Assembly (NCBI GenBank): GCA_965243205.1
Contig: CBDEUK010000002.1
Location: 1,600,001-1,664,000 of the forward strand
DNA: 64,000 bases
DNA from: Gammaproteobacteria bacterium
GTDB lineage: Bacteria > Pseudomonadota > Gammaproteobacteria > Eutrophobiales > Eutrophobiaceae
Reading direction: 5' to 3'
Of this stretch, positions 9,480 to 19,072 are shown piece by piece. The position numbers were made by a program, and so were the translations under genes. Below the pieces are notes generated by a model, which ran no database searches, was not told the DNA's origin, and saw only the letters and a list, made by a program, of their open reading frames with translations. Numbering within the stretch: position 1 is the stretch's first letter; each line of letters begins with the position of its first letter.

Positions 9480-10811
9480 TTAAGCTGCTTGGCTTTCGTA
9501 CATTAGATTTTCGATGTCTTCGATGGTTTTTGGCGCATCTTTACTTAAAACATCATAACCATCTTTGGTTACGAGCACATCATCTTCGATACGAATCCCT
9601 ATATTCCACCACCGTTTATTCAAGCCTTTGGTTCCTTTTGGCAAATAAAGACCAGGTTCAACAGTGAGTACCATACCTGGTTCTAAGGTACGCCAATCAC
9701 CTTCTATTTTATAATCGCCCACATCATGCACATCCATGCCTAACCAATGCCCCGTACGATGCATGTAATATTGCGCATAAACTTTATCTTTCATTAAGCT
9801 TTTTAAACGACCTTTTAAAATACCTGCATCTAATAGTCCGCGGGTTAACACTTCAGTCGCAGCGATATGTGGATCATTCCAATGATTGCCTGGCTGCACT
9901 TGTTCTATCGCGGCTAACTGCGCTTCTAAAACAATTTCATAAATAATCGCTTGTTCTTCAGTAAATTCTCCATTCACGGGAAAGCTACGGGTGATATCAC
10001 TGGCATAACCTTGATATTCACAACCCGCGTCGATTAAAACCACATCTCCGTCATTCAGAACCTGATTATTATTAACATAATGCAGGATACAGGCATTAGC
10101 TCCACCACCAACAATCGCAGGGTATGCTGAATCTCTCGCACCTGCTTGATGGAAATCATGATTGAGTTCAGATTCCAGTTGGTATTCCATCATGCCTGGT
10201 CGACACATTTGCATCGCCCTTATATGAGCCTTTGCAGAAATCTTTGCAGCCTTTCGCATCAGTTTTATTTCATGGCGACTTTTGTATAACCGCATCTCAT
10301 GTAAAAAATGATTAGGGGAAATAATTTCATCAGGTGCATGCACGCCTGTTCTAGAACGTTCTCTAACTTGATTGACCCAACCCACGACTTTTTGATCAAA
10401 TAAACGATCATTGCCTATGTTAAAAAACAGTCGTTCTGTGTTTTCAATAAGCCCAGGCAAAATATCATCGAGATCGCTGATCGGAAAAGCATCATCAGCG
10501 CCATAATATTCACACACACCTTCAATACCGGCACGAGGACCATTCCATACCTCCATCGTAGGATCCCGTTCGCGACAAAACATCACAAACTCACCACGTT
10601 CACGGTTAGGCAATAAGACAGCAACTGCTTCGGGTTCATCGAATCCCGTTAGATAATAAAAATCACTGTCGGCACGGAATGGGTATTCAACATCCCGATT
10701 ACGCATACGTACAGGAGATGTTGGAATGATGGCTATGCTATCTTCTCCCATCATATCCATTAGTTTTTTACGACGGCGTTTGTATTCTTTAGCTGATGTA
10801 GTATCTATCAA
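9480..10811 (-). CDS. pepP: Xaa-Pro aminopeptidase
   Basis: FYYLTGFDEP, DAGCE..YASDITR, HWLGMDVHD, TVEPG, GIRIEDD; TTG start overlaps the upstream stop. Confidence 0.96.
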   Translation of the reverse strand: MIDTTSAKEYKRRRKKLMDMMGEDSIAIIPTSPVRMRNRDVEYPFRADSDFYYLTGFDEPEAVAVLLPNRERGEFVMFCRERDPTMEVWNGPRAGIEGVCEYYGADDAFPISDLDDILPGLIENTERLFFNIGNDRLFDQKVVGWVNQVRERSRTGVHAPDEIISPNHFLHEMRLYKSRHEIKLMRKAAKISAKAHIRAMQMCRPGMMEYQLESELNHDFHQAGARDSAYPAIVGGGANACILHYVNNNQVLNDGDVVLIDAGCEYQGYASDITRSFPVNGEFTEEQAIIYEIVLEAQLAAIEQVQPGNHWNDPHIAATEVLTRGLLDAGILKGRLKSLMKDKVYAQYYMHRTGHWLGMDVHDVGDYKIEGDWRTLEPGMVLTVEPGLYLPKGTKGLNKRWWNIGIRIEDDVLVTKDGYDVLSKDAPKTIEDIENLMYESQAA

Positions 10812-11368
10812 TGTATTATCTCAGGAGTTTCATGTTCACTATTGATCAAACTGAATTCATCATAGATGTATAACACACCCACTCGCACATATTCCGATAA
10901 TTCAGTGAATGAGACTTCGGATTCTTCATCGTCTTGATCATCATCTGCCGATAAACGGCATATCTTATAAAAATCACCAATAATATCGTGGCATTGCGCC
11001 GATAATGCCTGCCAATTAGTTTGTCCTACAACGCCTAAACCACTTAAAAAGCCCTGACACCATTCGGCTAACGAAGCACTGCGTTCGACGAGCGAATATC
11101 TATCCTCAGGAATCAGTAAATTAAAGCCAAAATCCTGATCGGATAACTGTTCACGAATATCTTCAGCAAGTGCAGCAAACGCTGCCAGGCATTCTTGAAT
11201 AGATTCTTGGGAATTATCAGTTTCAGCAAGGAAATACTCCATCACCATATCTTCGGTAATTTTATCAGCAACACAAAGGTAGCCTGAAAGAAACCCATGT
11301 GCTTCGGAAGTTGGCATCGGTATACCAAACCGATCCAACATATCTTCAAGATCATCAAAACCAATCAT
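10808..11368 (-). CDS. ygfB: UPF0149 (YgfB/YecA) family protein
   Basis: SEAHGFLSG, LAEWCQGFLSGLG, ELSEYVRVG; upstream of pepP. Confidence 0.9.
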   Translation of the reverse strand: MIGFDDLEDMLDRFGIPMPTSEAHGFLSGYLCVADKITEDMVMEYFLAETDNSQESIQECLAAFAALAEDIREQLSDQDFGFNLLIPEDRYSLVERSASLAEWCQGFLSGLGVVGQTNWQALSAQCHDIIGDFYKICRLSADDDQDDEESEVSFTELSEYVRVGVLYIYDEFSLINSEHETPEIIH

Positions 11369-11573
11369 AATTATCGTTTTATTAAGAAAAATGCTCCAAA
11401 AAAGTAAGTTTTTAGCTGCTTTTCTGCATTAATTCGTTGATCTATCAACAGATGGTAACTTAAATAGCTATAGCCGCTTGACCACTACATAACACAGCTC
11501 TATATTGAACAGCTAATCATAAACGAAGCACTGGACTTGTGCATCCACTGAACTGTACATATGGTGATGAAGA

Positions 11574-11798
11574 ATGGCTGAAAACAATAAAGAAACCATG
11601 GAATTGAGCGCTCTTGAGACAAGAGTTGATGAGTTAATCAAAACTGTTGAAGAACTCAAGACTGAAAATTCTGCCTTAAAAAATCAACAAGAATCGTTAG
11701 TTAGCGAACGCGCAATTCTCATTGAAAAAACCGAGCAAGCTAGAACTCGAATTGAATCTATGATTGGTCGACTTAGAGCCATGGAAACTCGCACATGA
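11574..11798 (+). CDS. TIGR02449 family coiled-coil protein (ZapB-like)
   Basis: LETRVDELI..ENSALK..ER..L.EK.EQARTRIESMIGRLRAME; overlaps zapA start. Confidence 0.88.
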   Translation: MAENNKETMELSALETRVDELIKTVEELKTENSALKNQQESLVSERAILIEKTEQARTRIESMIGRLRAMETRT

Positions 11799-12109
11799 GT
11801 GACAGCACCTCTCCTGTAAATATCACTATCCTCGATAAAGAATATCTGATTTCTTGTACTGAAGAAGAACGCGAACAACTCCATGAAGCTGTTGGTATTT
11901 TAAATAATAAAATATCACAGGTTAAAGATAGTGGTAATGTCATTGGTAGCGAAAGAATGGCAGTCATGGCGGCTCTGAATATTGCCCATGAATTGATTGC
12001 ATACAAACAAAAAAATCAGGTCTATACTTCTAAATTAGACGACACGATTCGTCGTCTGCAAAACAAAATACATAGTGCCTTAGGAAAAGGCGAACAATTG
12101 GAAATTTAG
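11795..12109 (+). CDS. zapA: Cell division protein ZapA
   Basis: ITILDKEYLISC, ERMAVMAALNIAHEL. Confidence 0.93.
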   Translation: MSDSTSPVNITILDKEYLISCTEEEREQLHEAVGILNNKISQVKDSGNVIGSERMAVMAALNIAHELIAYKQKNQVYTSKLDDTIRRLQNKIHSALGKGEQLEI

Positions 12110-12215
12110 CCAAACAGAAGTATTTAATCTCTGTTAGTCAAAGCACTAACAGCATGACAATAGTTTAATCTTACTGTCACCCGTTTTTAACGGATGCTCA
12201 GTAGACTCTCAGTTT

Positions 12216-12397
12216 GGGTATTTGCTACGGTGCTCGTTAACTGGCCTTAAGTACTTGAGCCGATACGCGATAACCAAGGGAATTTATCACGATGTTGTTG
12301 TGCATGTCCTTAGCTGGAAAGCCTGATACGTCGTCAACTGTTCCCACTTGAACTTCTGGTTCAAGTCGTAAGCCAAGGCGACACCGTGGTGGTACCC
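12216..12397 (+). ncRNA. ssrS: 6S RNA
   Basis: About 182 nt downstream of zapA; terminal pairing GGGTA..GCTACGGTG with CACCGTGGT.GTACCC; internal CTTGAGCCGATA, GTGCATGTCC, GGAAAGCC and CTTGAAC-TTCTG-GTTCAAG elements typical of gammaproteobacterial 6S; -10-like TAGACT at 12202-12207. Confidence 0.9.
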
Positions 12398-12407
12398 CCC
12401 TAATTTC

Positions 12408-13955
12408 CTAACTCAGAAATATCTGATAGGCAGAATTATCAGATTCGTCCCAGTATTTAATTCCAAGTCCATCTAAAAACTCTTGAAACTGATCGAGTTC
12501 ATCTTCTAACACTTGTATACCCATTAACACCCGACCATAAGCAGCACCATGATTTCGGTAATGGAATAAACTGATATTCCAACGCTCACCTAATTGCGTT
12601 AAGAAGTGTAATAGTGCTCCTGAACGTTCTGGAAATTCAAATCTATATAGCCTTTCGTTTTCGGCTTGTGGTGCTTGTCCACCCACCATGTAACGCACGT
12701 GCATCTTGGCTACTTGATCATTACTCAGATCAGCTACTTCAAAACCTTTATCTTGTAGTTGATTTAACAATGCATTTTTTTCTTCTACGCCGTTTTTCAA
12801 TTGTACGCCGGCAAATACATGTGCAGTCTGATTATCCGCGTATCGATAATTAAATTCGGTAATTAATCTAGGGCCTAAAGCATGACAAAAAGCTTTAAAA
12901 CTACCGGGTTTTTCTGGAATAGTTGCAGCGAGCAAAGCTTCTTTTTGTTCGCCTAATGCTGAAAGCTCAGCAATGTGTCGTAAGCGATCAAAGTTAACAT
13001 TGGCTCCACTAAAGACTGCAGCCAAACGTTTATTCGTTAAACTCTCACGTGCTACATATTGTTTTAAACCTGCTAATGCTAAAGCACCAGCCGGTTCGGG
13101 AATCGATCTTGTATCTTCAAAAATATCTTTCACTGCTGCACAGATCTCATCAACACTGACCAATATAACTTCGTCGACCAATTCTTTAGCGATTCGAAAC
13201 GGTTCAACTCCAGCTTGTTTTACTGCAGCACCATCTGCAAAAATACCGATTTGAGGTAATACAACCCGTTCATTCGCTGCAATCGCCGCATGCATGCAAG
13301 GAGCTTCATCGGGCTCAACACCTATGATACGAATGTTTGGATTTTGCTGTTTTAAATAAACCGACATACCAGCAATCAAACCACCGCCACCAACAGGAAT
13401 AAATACGATATCTGGATCAGAATTTAGCTGTTGTAATAGTTCTACCGCTACTGTTGCCTGACCGGCGATCACTTTTGGATGATCGTATGGAGGAATATAA
13501 CTTTTACCTTGCTGCTGAGATAGTACACTCGCATGTTCCTTCGCTTCGTCGTAATTATTACCATGTAATACGGTATGGCCGCCTAAACGCTGTACAGACG
13601 AAACTTTTATTTCTGGCGTCGTTTTCGGCATTACAATCGTTGCATCAATGCCCAAACGATTCGCTGATAATGCAACCCCTTGAGCATGATTACCTGCAGA
13701 TGCAGTTACCACGCCTTTTGCACGTTCCTCATCACTTAAAGAGACGATTAAATTGTATGCCCCACGTAATTTATAGGAAAAAACAGGTTGCTGATCTTCA
13801 CGCTTAAGCCAAATATCATTTTTTAAGCGTTCCGATAACACCGGGGCAAAATTTAAGTCGGTTTTTATAGCAACGTCGTAAACTCTCTCCGTTGCCTTGG
13901 CAATTAATTCTTTGTATTCATCAAACATAGGCATAAGATAACAAGCATTGTCCAT
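12408..13955 (-). CDS. ilvA: Threonine ammonia-lyase, biosynthetic
   Basis: [48 protein letters not shown]; true start may be ATG 13934 or 13928. Confidence 0.96.
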   Translation of the reverse strand: MDNACYLMPMFDEYKELIAKATERVYDVAIKTDLNFAPVLSERLKNDIWLKREDQQPVFSYKLRGAYNLIVSLSDEERAKGVVTASAGNHAQGVALSANRLGIDATIVMPKTTPEIKVSSVQRLGGHTVLHGNNYDEAKEHASVLSQQQGKSYIPPYDHPKVIAGQATVAVELLQQLNSDPDIVFIPVGGGGLIAGMSVYLKQQNPNIRIIGVEPDEAPCMHAAIAANERVVLPQIGIFADGAAVKQAGVEPFRIAKELVDEVILVSVDEICAAVKDIFEDTRSIPEPAGALALAGLKQYVARESLTNKRLAAVFSGANVNFDRLRHIAELSALGEQKEALLAATIPEKPGSFKAFCHALGPRLITEFNYRYADNQTAHVFAGVQLKNGVEEKNALLNQLQDKGFEVADLSNDQVAKMHVRYMVGGQAPQAENERLYRFEFPERSGALLHFLTQLGERWNISLFHYRNHGAAYGRVLMGIQVLEDELDQFQEFLDGLGIKYWDESDNSAYQIFLS

Positions 13956-13978
13956 TTCGCATAGCTATCATAATCAAT

Positions 13979-14635
13979 ATGAATCAAGACGAACTAAAAA
14001 AAGAAGTTGCTAAAGTGGCTGTCGACTATATTACTGACGATAGCATTGTTGGTGTAGGCACTGGCAGCACAGTGAACTTTTTTATCGAAGAACTCGCAAA
14101 AATCAAGCATCGTATTGAAGGCGCTGTATCCAGCTCTGAAGCAACAGAAACTTTACTCAAAAAACATAACATACCTGTTTACGAATTAAACTCTGTCATG
14201 GAATTACCCATCTATATAGATGGCGCTGACGAAGCGACTGAACACCGTCACTTGATTAAAGGTGGGGGTGGAGCATTGACCCGCGAAAAAATAGTACGCG
14301 CTGTCAGCCGTAAATTTATCTGTATTATGGATGAATCTAAACTAGTTGGAACCTTAGGTGCCTTCCCACTTCCGGTTGAAGTCATTCCGATGGCTCGATC
14401 CTATGTCAGCCGTGAACTCGCAAAACTTGGCGGTCAACCTAAATTACGAGAAGGATTTATTTCTGATAACGGCAATGAAATTGTTGATGTGCATAACTTG
14501 AAAATACTGGATCCTATTGAACTTGAAACAAAAATTAACCAAATCCCTGGGGTTGTGACCAACGGCTTATTTGCACTAAACCCGGCAACAGAACTGGTTA
14601 TTGGGACAAAATCCGGCATAAAAACAATCAATTAG
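13979..14635 (+). CDS. rpiA: Ribose-5-phosphate isomerase A
   Basis: [24 protein letters not shown]; divergent from ilvA. Confidence 0.97.
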   Translation: MNQDELKKEVAKVAVDYITDDSIVGVGTGSTVNFFIEELAKIKHRIEGAVSSSEATETLLKKHNIPVYELNSVMELPIYIDGADEATEHRHLIKGGGGALTREKIVRAVSRKFICIMDESKLVGTLGAFPLPVEVIPMARSYVSRELAKLGGQPKLREGFISDNGNEIVDVHNLKILDPIELETKINQIPGVVTNGLFALNPATELVIGTKSGIKTIN

Positions 14636-14707
14636 TGGTGTTCGTACGTAATTTTGTTTAACATATTATTCTAGAAAACGACAATTTTAAGGTTGAGGAA
14701 ATAATCT

Positions 14708-14845
14708 GTGGCTTTTTATCTAGTTTACTTACTCGCAATCATAGTAATTATTTTGCATTACACCGGTTGGTTAAGACGCCATAACCTTGAATGGATTGTT
14801 TTTGTCATGGCCATCGCTATTTTCCCTGCAATGATATTTTTATAA
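14708..14845 (+). CDS. Small (45 aa) two-helix membrane protein, not in ORF track
   Basis: Hand translation: GAGGA SD, GTG start, [45 protein letters not shown]; stop 7 nt before dtd ATG. Confidence 0.7.
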   Translation: MAFYLVYLLAIIVIILHYTGWLRRHNLEWIVFVMAIAIFPAMIFL

Positions 14846-14852
14846 CTGTTCA

Positions 14853-15290
14853 ATGATTGGGCTTTTGCAACGCGTGACAGAAGCCTCTGTTACGGTTGAA
14901 AGCCAAGTTATCGGTGAAATCAAAACAGGTATATTAGTACTGGTTGGTGTTGAAAAACACGACACTGAACAACAAGCCGAGCAACTTCTTCACAAACTTC
15001 TTAATTACCGAATTTTCCCTGACCAAGGTGGGAAAATGAATCTCTCCGTTAAAGATATAAAGGGTGGTTTATTACTCGTCTCACAATTCACCCTCGTTGC
15101 CGATACTCAAAAAGGTTTACGGCCTAGCTTTAGCTCAGGCGCAACTCCTGAACATGGAAAAAAGTTATACGATTATTTAGTTTCAAAAGCTCAACAAGAA
15201 CATCATGAAGTTGCGACAGGTGAATTTGCAGCGGATATGAAAGTGAGTTTGTGTAACGATGGACCAGTTACTTTTTATTTAAAAGTGTAG
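14853..15290 (+). CDS. dtd: D-aminoacyl-tRNA deacylase
   Basis: [27 protein letters not shown]. Confidence 0.96.
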   Translation: MIGLLQRVTEASVTVESQVIGEIKTGILVLVGVEKHDTEQQAEQLLHKLLNYRIFPDQGGKMNLSVKDIKGGLLLVSQFTLVADTQKGLRPSFSSGATPEHGKKLYDYLVSKAQQEHHEVATGEFAADMKVSLCNDGPVTFYLKV

Positions 15291-15310
15291 TTCCATACAT
15301 ATAATCACAT

Positions 15311-16015
15311 ATGATAATCGGTAATATAGAAATCTTTATCGATAAATCATTCCCGTATAACAGACTATTAGGTAAGAGTAAGACTATGTGGGGTAATGAA
15401 ATACAAAAGCAAGAGTTCGGTAAACTTTGGCCATTGTGGTATGGGGATAGTGATGAACGAAACTATCGAGATGCTATAAAGCCACTTACAAAGCTCAGTG
15501 ACCTAGGTTATGCACCTGCTCAGTTCGTATTGGGCAATGCGTATTTACATGCTGATGGTGTGCGGCGTAACTATGAAAAATCATATAAATATATTACCGC
15601 CTCTGCGGAGCAAGGCTTTCCCGCTGCAGAAGGTACTCTTGGCACCTTTTATTCAATGGTCGAACCTAAACAAAGTGTTTGTCCACATGATGATGCTGAG
15701 GCAGTTAAGTGGTATCAACGTGCGGCTAAGCAAGGTAATGCTCCATCCATGTACAACCTTGCCAACAAATATCATTCGGGATTAGGCGTTGCTGAAGATA
15801 TCTATGAAGCATATGTGTGGGCTAGTCTTGCATCTCAACTTTCAAAGATACGATTTCGTCCCGCCGAAGGGCTCCGAGACCAAACAGCGAACAAACTTAG
15901 TTCGGAACAACTTACCCTTGCTAACCATCAAATTGAGCAGTTAACTGAAACTGTATTAAAACCATGGTCAGATCCTAGAGAATATTGGCAGAGCTTATGG
16001 AAACAAACCTTGTAG
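15311..16015 (+). CDS. Sel1-repeat (SLR/TPR) protein
   Basis: Repeats AQFVLGNAY..G, WYQRAAKQGNAPSMYNLANKY..G.GV, EAYVWASLA; start more likely ATG 15386. Confidence 0.82.
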   Translation: MIIGNIEIFIDKSFPYNRLLGKSKTMWGNEIQKQEFGKLWPLWYGDSDERNYRDAIKPLTKLSDLGYAPAQFVLGNAYLHADGVRRNYEKSYKYITASAEQGFPAAEGTLGTFYSMVEPKQSVCPHDDAEAVKWYQRAAKQGNAPSMYNLANKYHSGLGVAEDIYEAYVWASLASQLSKIRFRPAEGLRDQTANKLSSEQLTLANHQIEQLTETVLKPWSDPREYWQSLWKQTL

Positions 16016-16116
16016 TTAAATGGTTAGCTCTGTAAAACACATAACAAATCACTCCAGCGTTAACTAATACACTCTCGCTGCCACATAAATTTTCTGTGGG
16101 AAAAGAATTTAAAAGA

Positions 16117-16287
16117 TCACATTAAATAAAACGCCAATAAGAAACATAAAACAATAATTAATATCCCTATAAGACCATCATTTTTTTTATTTTGATTTTT
16201 TTTAAATGAATTTTTATAAACCCAAGACAACGATAAAAAAATAATAATAACGGCAATTGTGGCTACGAGTCTTACGTTCTCGTTCAT
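16117..16287 (-). CDS. Small (56 aa) two-helix membrane protein, not in ORF track
   Basis: Hand translation: MNENVRLVATIAVIIIFLSLSWVYKNSFKKNQNKKNDGLIGILIIVLCFLLAFYLM*; ATG 4 nt after the hemF stop. Confidence 0.55.
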   Translation of the reverse strand: MNENVRLVATIAVIIIFLSLSWVYKNSFKKNQNKKNDGLIGILIIVLCFLLAFYLM

Positions 16288-16291
16288 AACT

Positions 16292-17212
16292 CTAATCTGC
16301 TAAAGAAACCCAGTCTTTGGCTATTAAAAACTCTTCATACAGATTAGATTCTTCTGAACCCGATTCTGGTTGCCAATCGTATTGCCATTTTACTAAAGGT
16401 GGTAATGACATAAGGATCGATTCGGTTCGACCGCCCGATTGCAAACCAAATAATGTTCCTCGATCATAAACCAAATTAAATTCCACATAACGGCCACGAC
16501 GATATAACTGAAATTGACGTTGCTTATCGCTATATGGCATCTCTTTACGTTTTAAGACAATCGGTAAATACGCCAGCATGAAATGATTACCCACACTTTG
16601 CATGAATTTGAATGATGTTTCGAAACCCCATTCATTCAAATCGTCAAAAAAGATTCCGCCAATACCACGAGGTTCATTGCGATGTTTTAAAAAGAAATAA
16701 TCATCGCACCATTGTTTGTATCTCGGATAAACCTCTTCACCAAACTCATCACAGGCTTTTTTTGCCGTTTGATGCCAATAAATAGCATCTTCAGTAAAGC
16801 CATAATAAGGCGTGAGATCAAAACCTCCACCAAACCACCAAATGGGATCTTCTCCTGCTTTTTCGGCAATAAAAAACCGCACATTCATATGCGTGGTAGG
16901 AACATAAGGGTTGAGTGGATGGATCACCAATGAGACACCCATCGCCTGGAAACTACGACCTGCTAGTTCAGGACGATGTGCAGTTGCCGATGCAGGTAAT
17001 GAATCACCGAATACATGTGAAAAATTAATTCCAGCTTGTTCGAATAATTGGCCATTCTTCATGACTCGACTGCGGCCACCACCGCCTTGCTCTCGGTCCC
17101 AATTGTCTTCTATTAATTCTAATTTATCATCTTGCGCCATTAAGGCTGAAGTAATCTGGCTTTGTAGTCCGAGTAAATATTCTCGGACATGATCAATGTC
17201 TTTCTGTTGCAT
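16292..17212 (-). CDS. hemF: Oxygen-dependent coproporphyrinogen III oxidase
   Basis: [53 protein letters not shown]. Confidence 0.97.
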   Translation of the reverse strand: MQQKDIDHVREYLLGLQSQITSALMAQDDKLELIEDNWDREQGGGGRSRVMKNGQLFEQAGINFSHVFGDSLPASATAHRPELAGRSFQAMGVSLVIHPLNPYVPTTHMNVRFFIAEKAGEDPIWWFGGGFDLTPYYGFTEDAIYWHQTAKKACDEFGEEVYPRYKQWCDDYFFLKHRNEPRGIGGIFFDDLNEWGFETSFKFMQSVGNHFMLAYLPIVLKRKEMPYSDKQRQFQLYRRGRYVEFNLVYDRGTLFGLQSGGRTESILMSLPPLVKWQYDWQPESGSEESNLYEEFLIAKDWVSLAD

Positions 17213-17275
17213 GTTTGTTGGAATTGCGAAAAATTAAAGGGTATCCTATCGCGAATTATTTTTCAGGTAAAAAAC

Positions 17276-17869
17276 ATGAGTGAGCGCATAGCATCCGTTA
17301 CCCGTAATACGAAAGAGACTCAAATTGAAGTCACTATCAATTTAGACGGTAGCGGCAAAGCCGATTTTAATATCGGTGTTCCATTTCTTGAACACATGTT
17401 GGATCAGATTGCCCGACACGGCGTTTTTGATATCACCATTAAAGCCAATGGTGACTTAGAAATTGATGACCATCACACAGTAGAGGATGTAGGTATTACA
17501 TTAGGCCAAGCTTTCACCAAAGCATTAGGAGATAAAAAAGGTATTTATCGTTATGGTCATGCTTATGTGCCGCTTGATGAATCATTATCGCGCGTGGTTT
17601 TAGATTGTTCTGGTAGACCAGGCTTGGAATACTTTGCGGAATATCCACGAGCTCGCATTGGTGATTTCGATGTGGATCTTATCTTTGAATTCTTTCAAGG
17701 CTTTGTGAATCATGCCTTAGTCTCCTTACACATTGATAATATTCGTGGCAGAAATGCACACCATATTGCTGAAACGATATTTAAAGCCTTTGGACGTGCT
17801 TTAAGAATGTCTGTCGCTCCTGATCCACGTATGCAAGGCGTATTGCCATCGACTAAAGAACATTTATAA
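17276..17869 (+). CDS. hisB: Imidazoleglycerol-phosphate dehydratase (monofunctional)
   Basis: [24 protein letters not shown]; start reset to ATG 17276 (AGGT SD), which avoids overlap with hemF. Confidence 0.96.
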   Translation: MSERIASVTRNTKETQIEVTINLDGSGKADFNIGVPFLEHMLDQIARHGVFDITIKANGDLEIDDHHTVEDVGITLGQAFTKALGDKKGIYRYGHAYVPLDESLSRVVLDCSGRPGLEYFAEYPRARIGDFDVDLIFEFFQGFVNHALVSLHIDNIRGRNAHHIAETIFKAFGRALRMSVAPDPRMQGVLPSTKEHL

Positions 17870-17881
17870 ATTATTTGAATA

Positions 17882-18499
17882 ATGAAATCCGTTGTAGTTA
17901 TCGATTACGGGACCAGTAATCTTCACTCTGTTAGTAAAGCCTTAGAACATGTTGCTGAAAACAATTATTCTGTTTCAGTGAGTAGCGATGCTGAAACTAT
18001 ATTAGCAGCGGATAAAATCGTATTCCCAGGCCAGGGTGCGATAGGCCAATGCATGACTCAGCTCTGCGAACAAAAACTCGACGCAACGATTAAACAAGCC
18101 ATATTGAACAAACCATTTCTTGGGATTTGTTTAGGCTTGCAAAGCCTTATGCAGTTTAGTGAAGAAGATGGTGGTACGGATTGTTTATCGATTATCGATG
18201 GAAAAGTTAAACGGTTTATCGAAGACGGTATCAATAAAATTCCACATATGGGTTGGAATCAGGTTGAACAGACACAAGATCATCCTTTATGGTCAGGTAT
18301 AGATAATCTTAGCCGCTTCTATTTTGTGCACAGTTATTATGTTCACTTAGAAGATCAAAGTAACTCTAGTGGTGAATGTTCATATATCAATAACTTTACA
18401 GCAGCGATCGCGAAAGACAATATTTTTGCCTGTCAGTTTCATCCTGAAAAAAGCCAAAATTCTGGACTTAGATTACTAAAAAACTTTTTAGACTGGTAA
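17882..18499 (+). CDS. hisH: Imidazole glycerol phosphate synthase, glutaminase subunit
   Basis: PGQG, GICLGLQ, KIPHMGWN, FYFVHSY, QFHPEKS. Confidence 0.96.
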   Translation: MKSVVVIDYGTSNLHSVSKALEHVAENNYSVSVSSDAETILAADKIVFPGQGAIGQCMTQLCEQKLDATIKQAILNKPFLGICLGLQSLMQFSEEDGGTDCLSIIDGKVKRFIEDGINKIPHMGWNQVEQTQDHPLWSGIDNLSRFYFVHSYYVHLEDQSNSSGECSYINNFTAAIAKDNIFACQFHPEKSQNSGLRLLKNFLDW

Positions 18500-18530
18500 A
18501 TCCGTTCCCTACCTTTAAAACCTAAGAAAT

Positions 18531-18555
18531 AAAAAAAGGTGCCAAAGGCACCTTT
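18531..18555 (-). terminator. Intrinsic terminator of the HU gene (may also stop hisBH)
   Basis: AAAGGTGCC-AAA-GGCACCTTT with long T-tract on the minus strand. Confidence 0.82.
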
Positions 18556-18582
18556 AAATATAAATCTTATTGCTTGTAATTC

Positions 18583-18927
18583 TTATGCAATAGCGTCTTT
18601 AAGTGCTTTTAATGCAGTTGCACGTACGCTTGTACTTGCTGGCTTCGCTTTAAACATCATTTCTTCACCAGTAAACGGATTAACACCTTTACGCGCTTTA
18701 CGTGCAGGTTTAATAACGCGTTTTAATTTAATACCTAATGAAGGAACAGTGAATTCACCTGAACCACGTTTCATTAAGTGACGCTGTGCAATAGTGCTTA
18801 AACTATCTAGAACAGCAGCAACTTCTTTTTTAGTTAACTCTGTTTCTTCAGCAATAGCAGTAATGATTTGTGCTTTAGTTTGCTTTTTGGCTATAGCACT
18901 AGGTTTCTTTGTTTTTTTAGCAGCCAT
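18583..18927 (-). CDS. HU-family histone-like DNA-binding protein with basic N-terminal extension
   Basis: TKAQII..IAEETELTKKEV, KPARKARKGVNPFTGE, KPAS..V...ALKALKD; SD GAGGAG. Confidence 0.92.
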   Translation of the reverse strand: MAAKKTKKPSAIAKKQTKAQIITAIAEETELTKKEVAAVLDSLSTIAQRHLMKRGSGEFTVPSLGIKLKRVIKPARKARKGVNPFTGEEMMFKAKPASTSVRATALKALKDAIA

Positions 18928-19072
18928 TTTATCTCCTCAACTAAATCAGTGTGTAAACTATAGAACGATGCATTTTATGCAATGACAACACAAAGTGGAA
19001 ACATTTATTTACGTTTTTTTGATAAAAACCCTAAAAAAAACCTATAAAATAGATTTCAATAGTAAAAAAGAA

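Noticed and set aside
17189-17275. N-terminal extension of HisB in the ORF track
   Set aside because: Overlaps hemF and has no phosphatase motifs; the SD-supported ATG is at 17276
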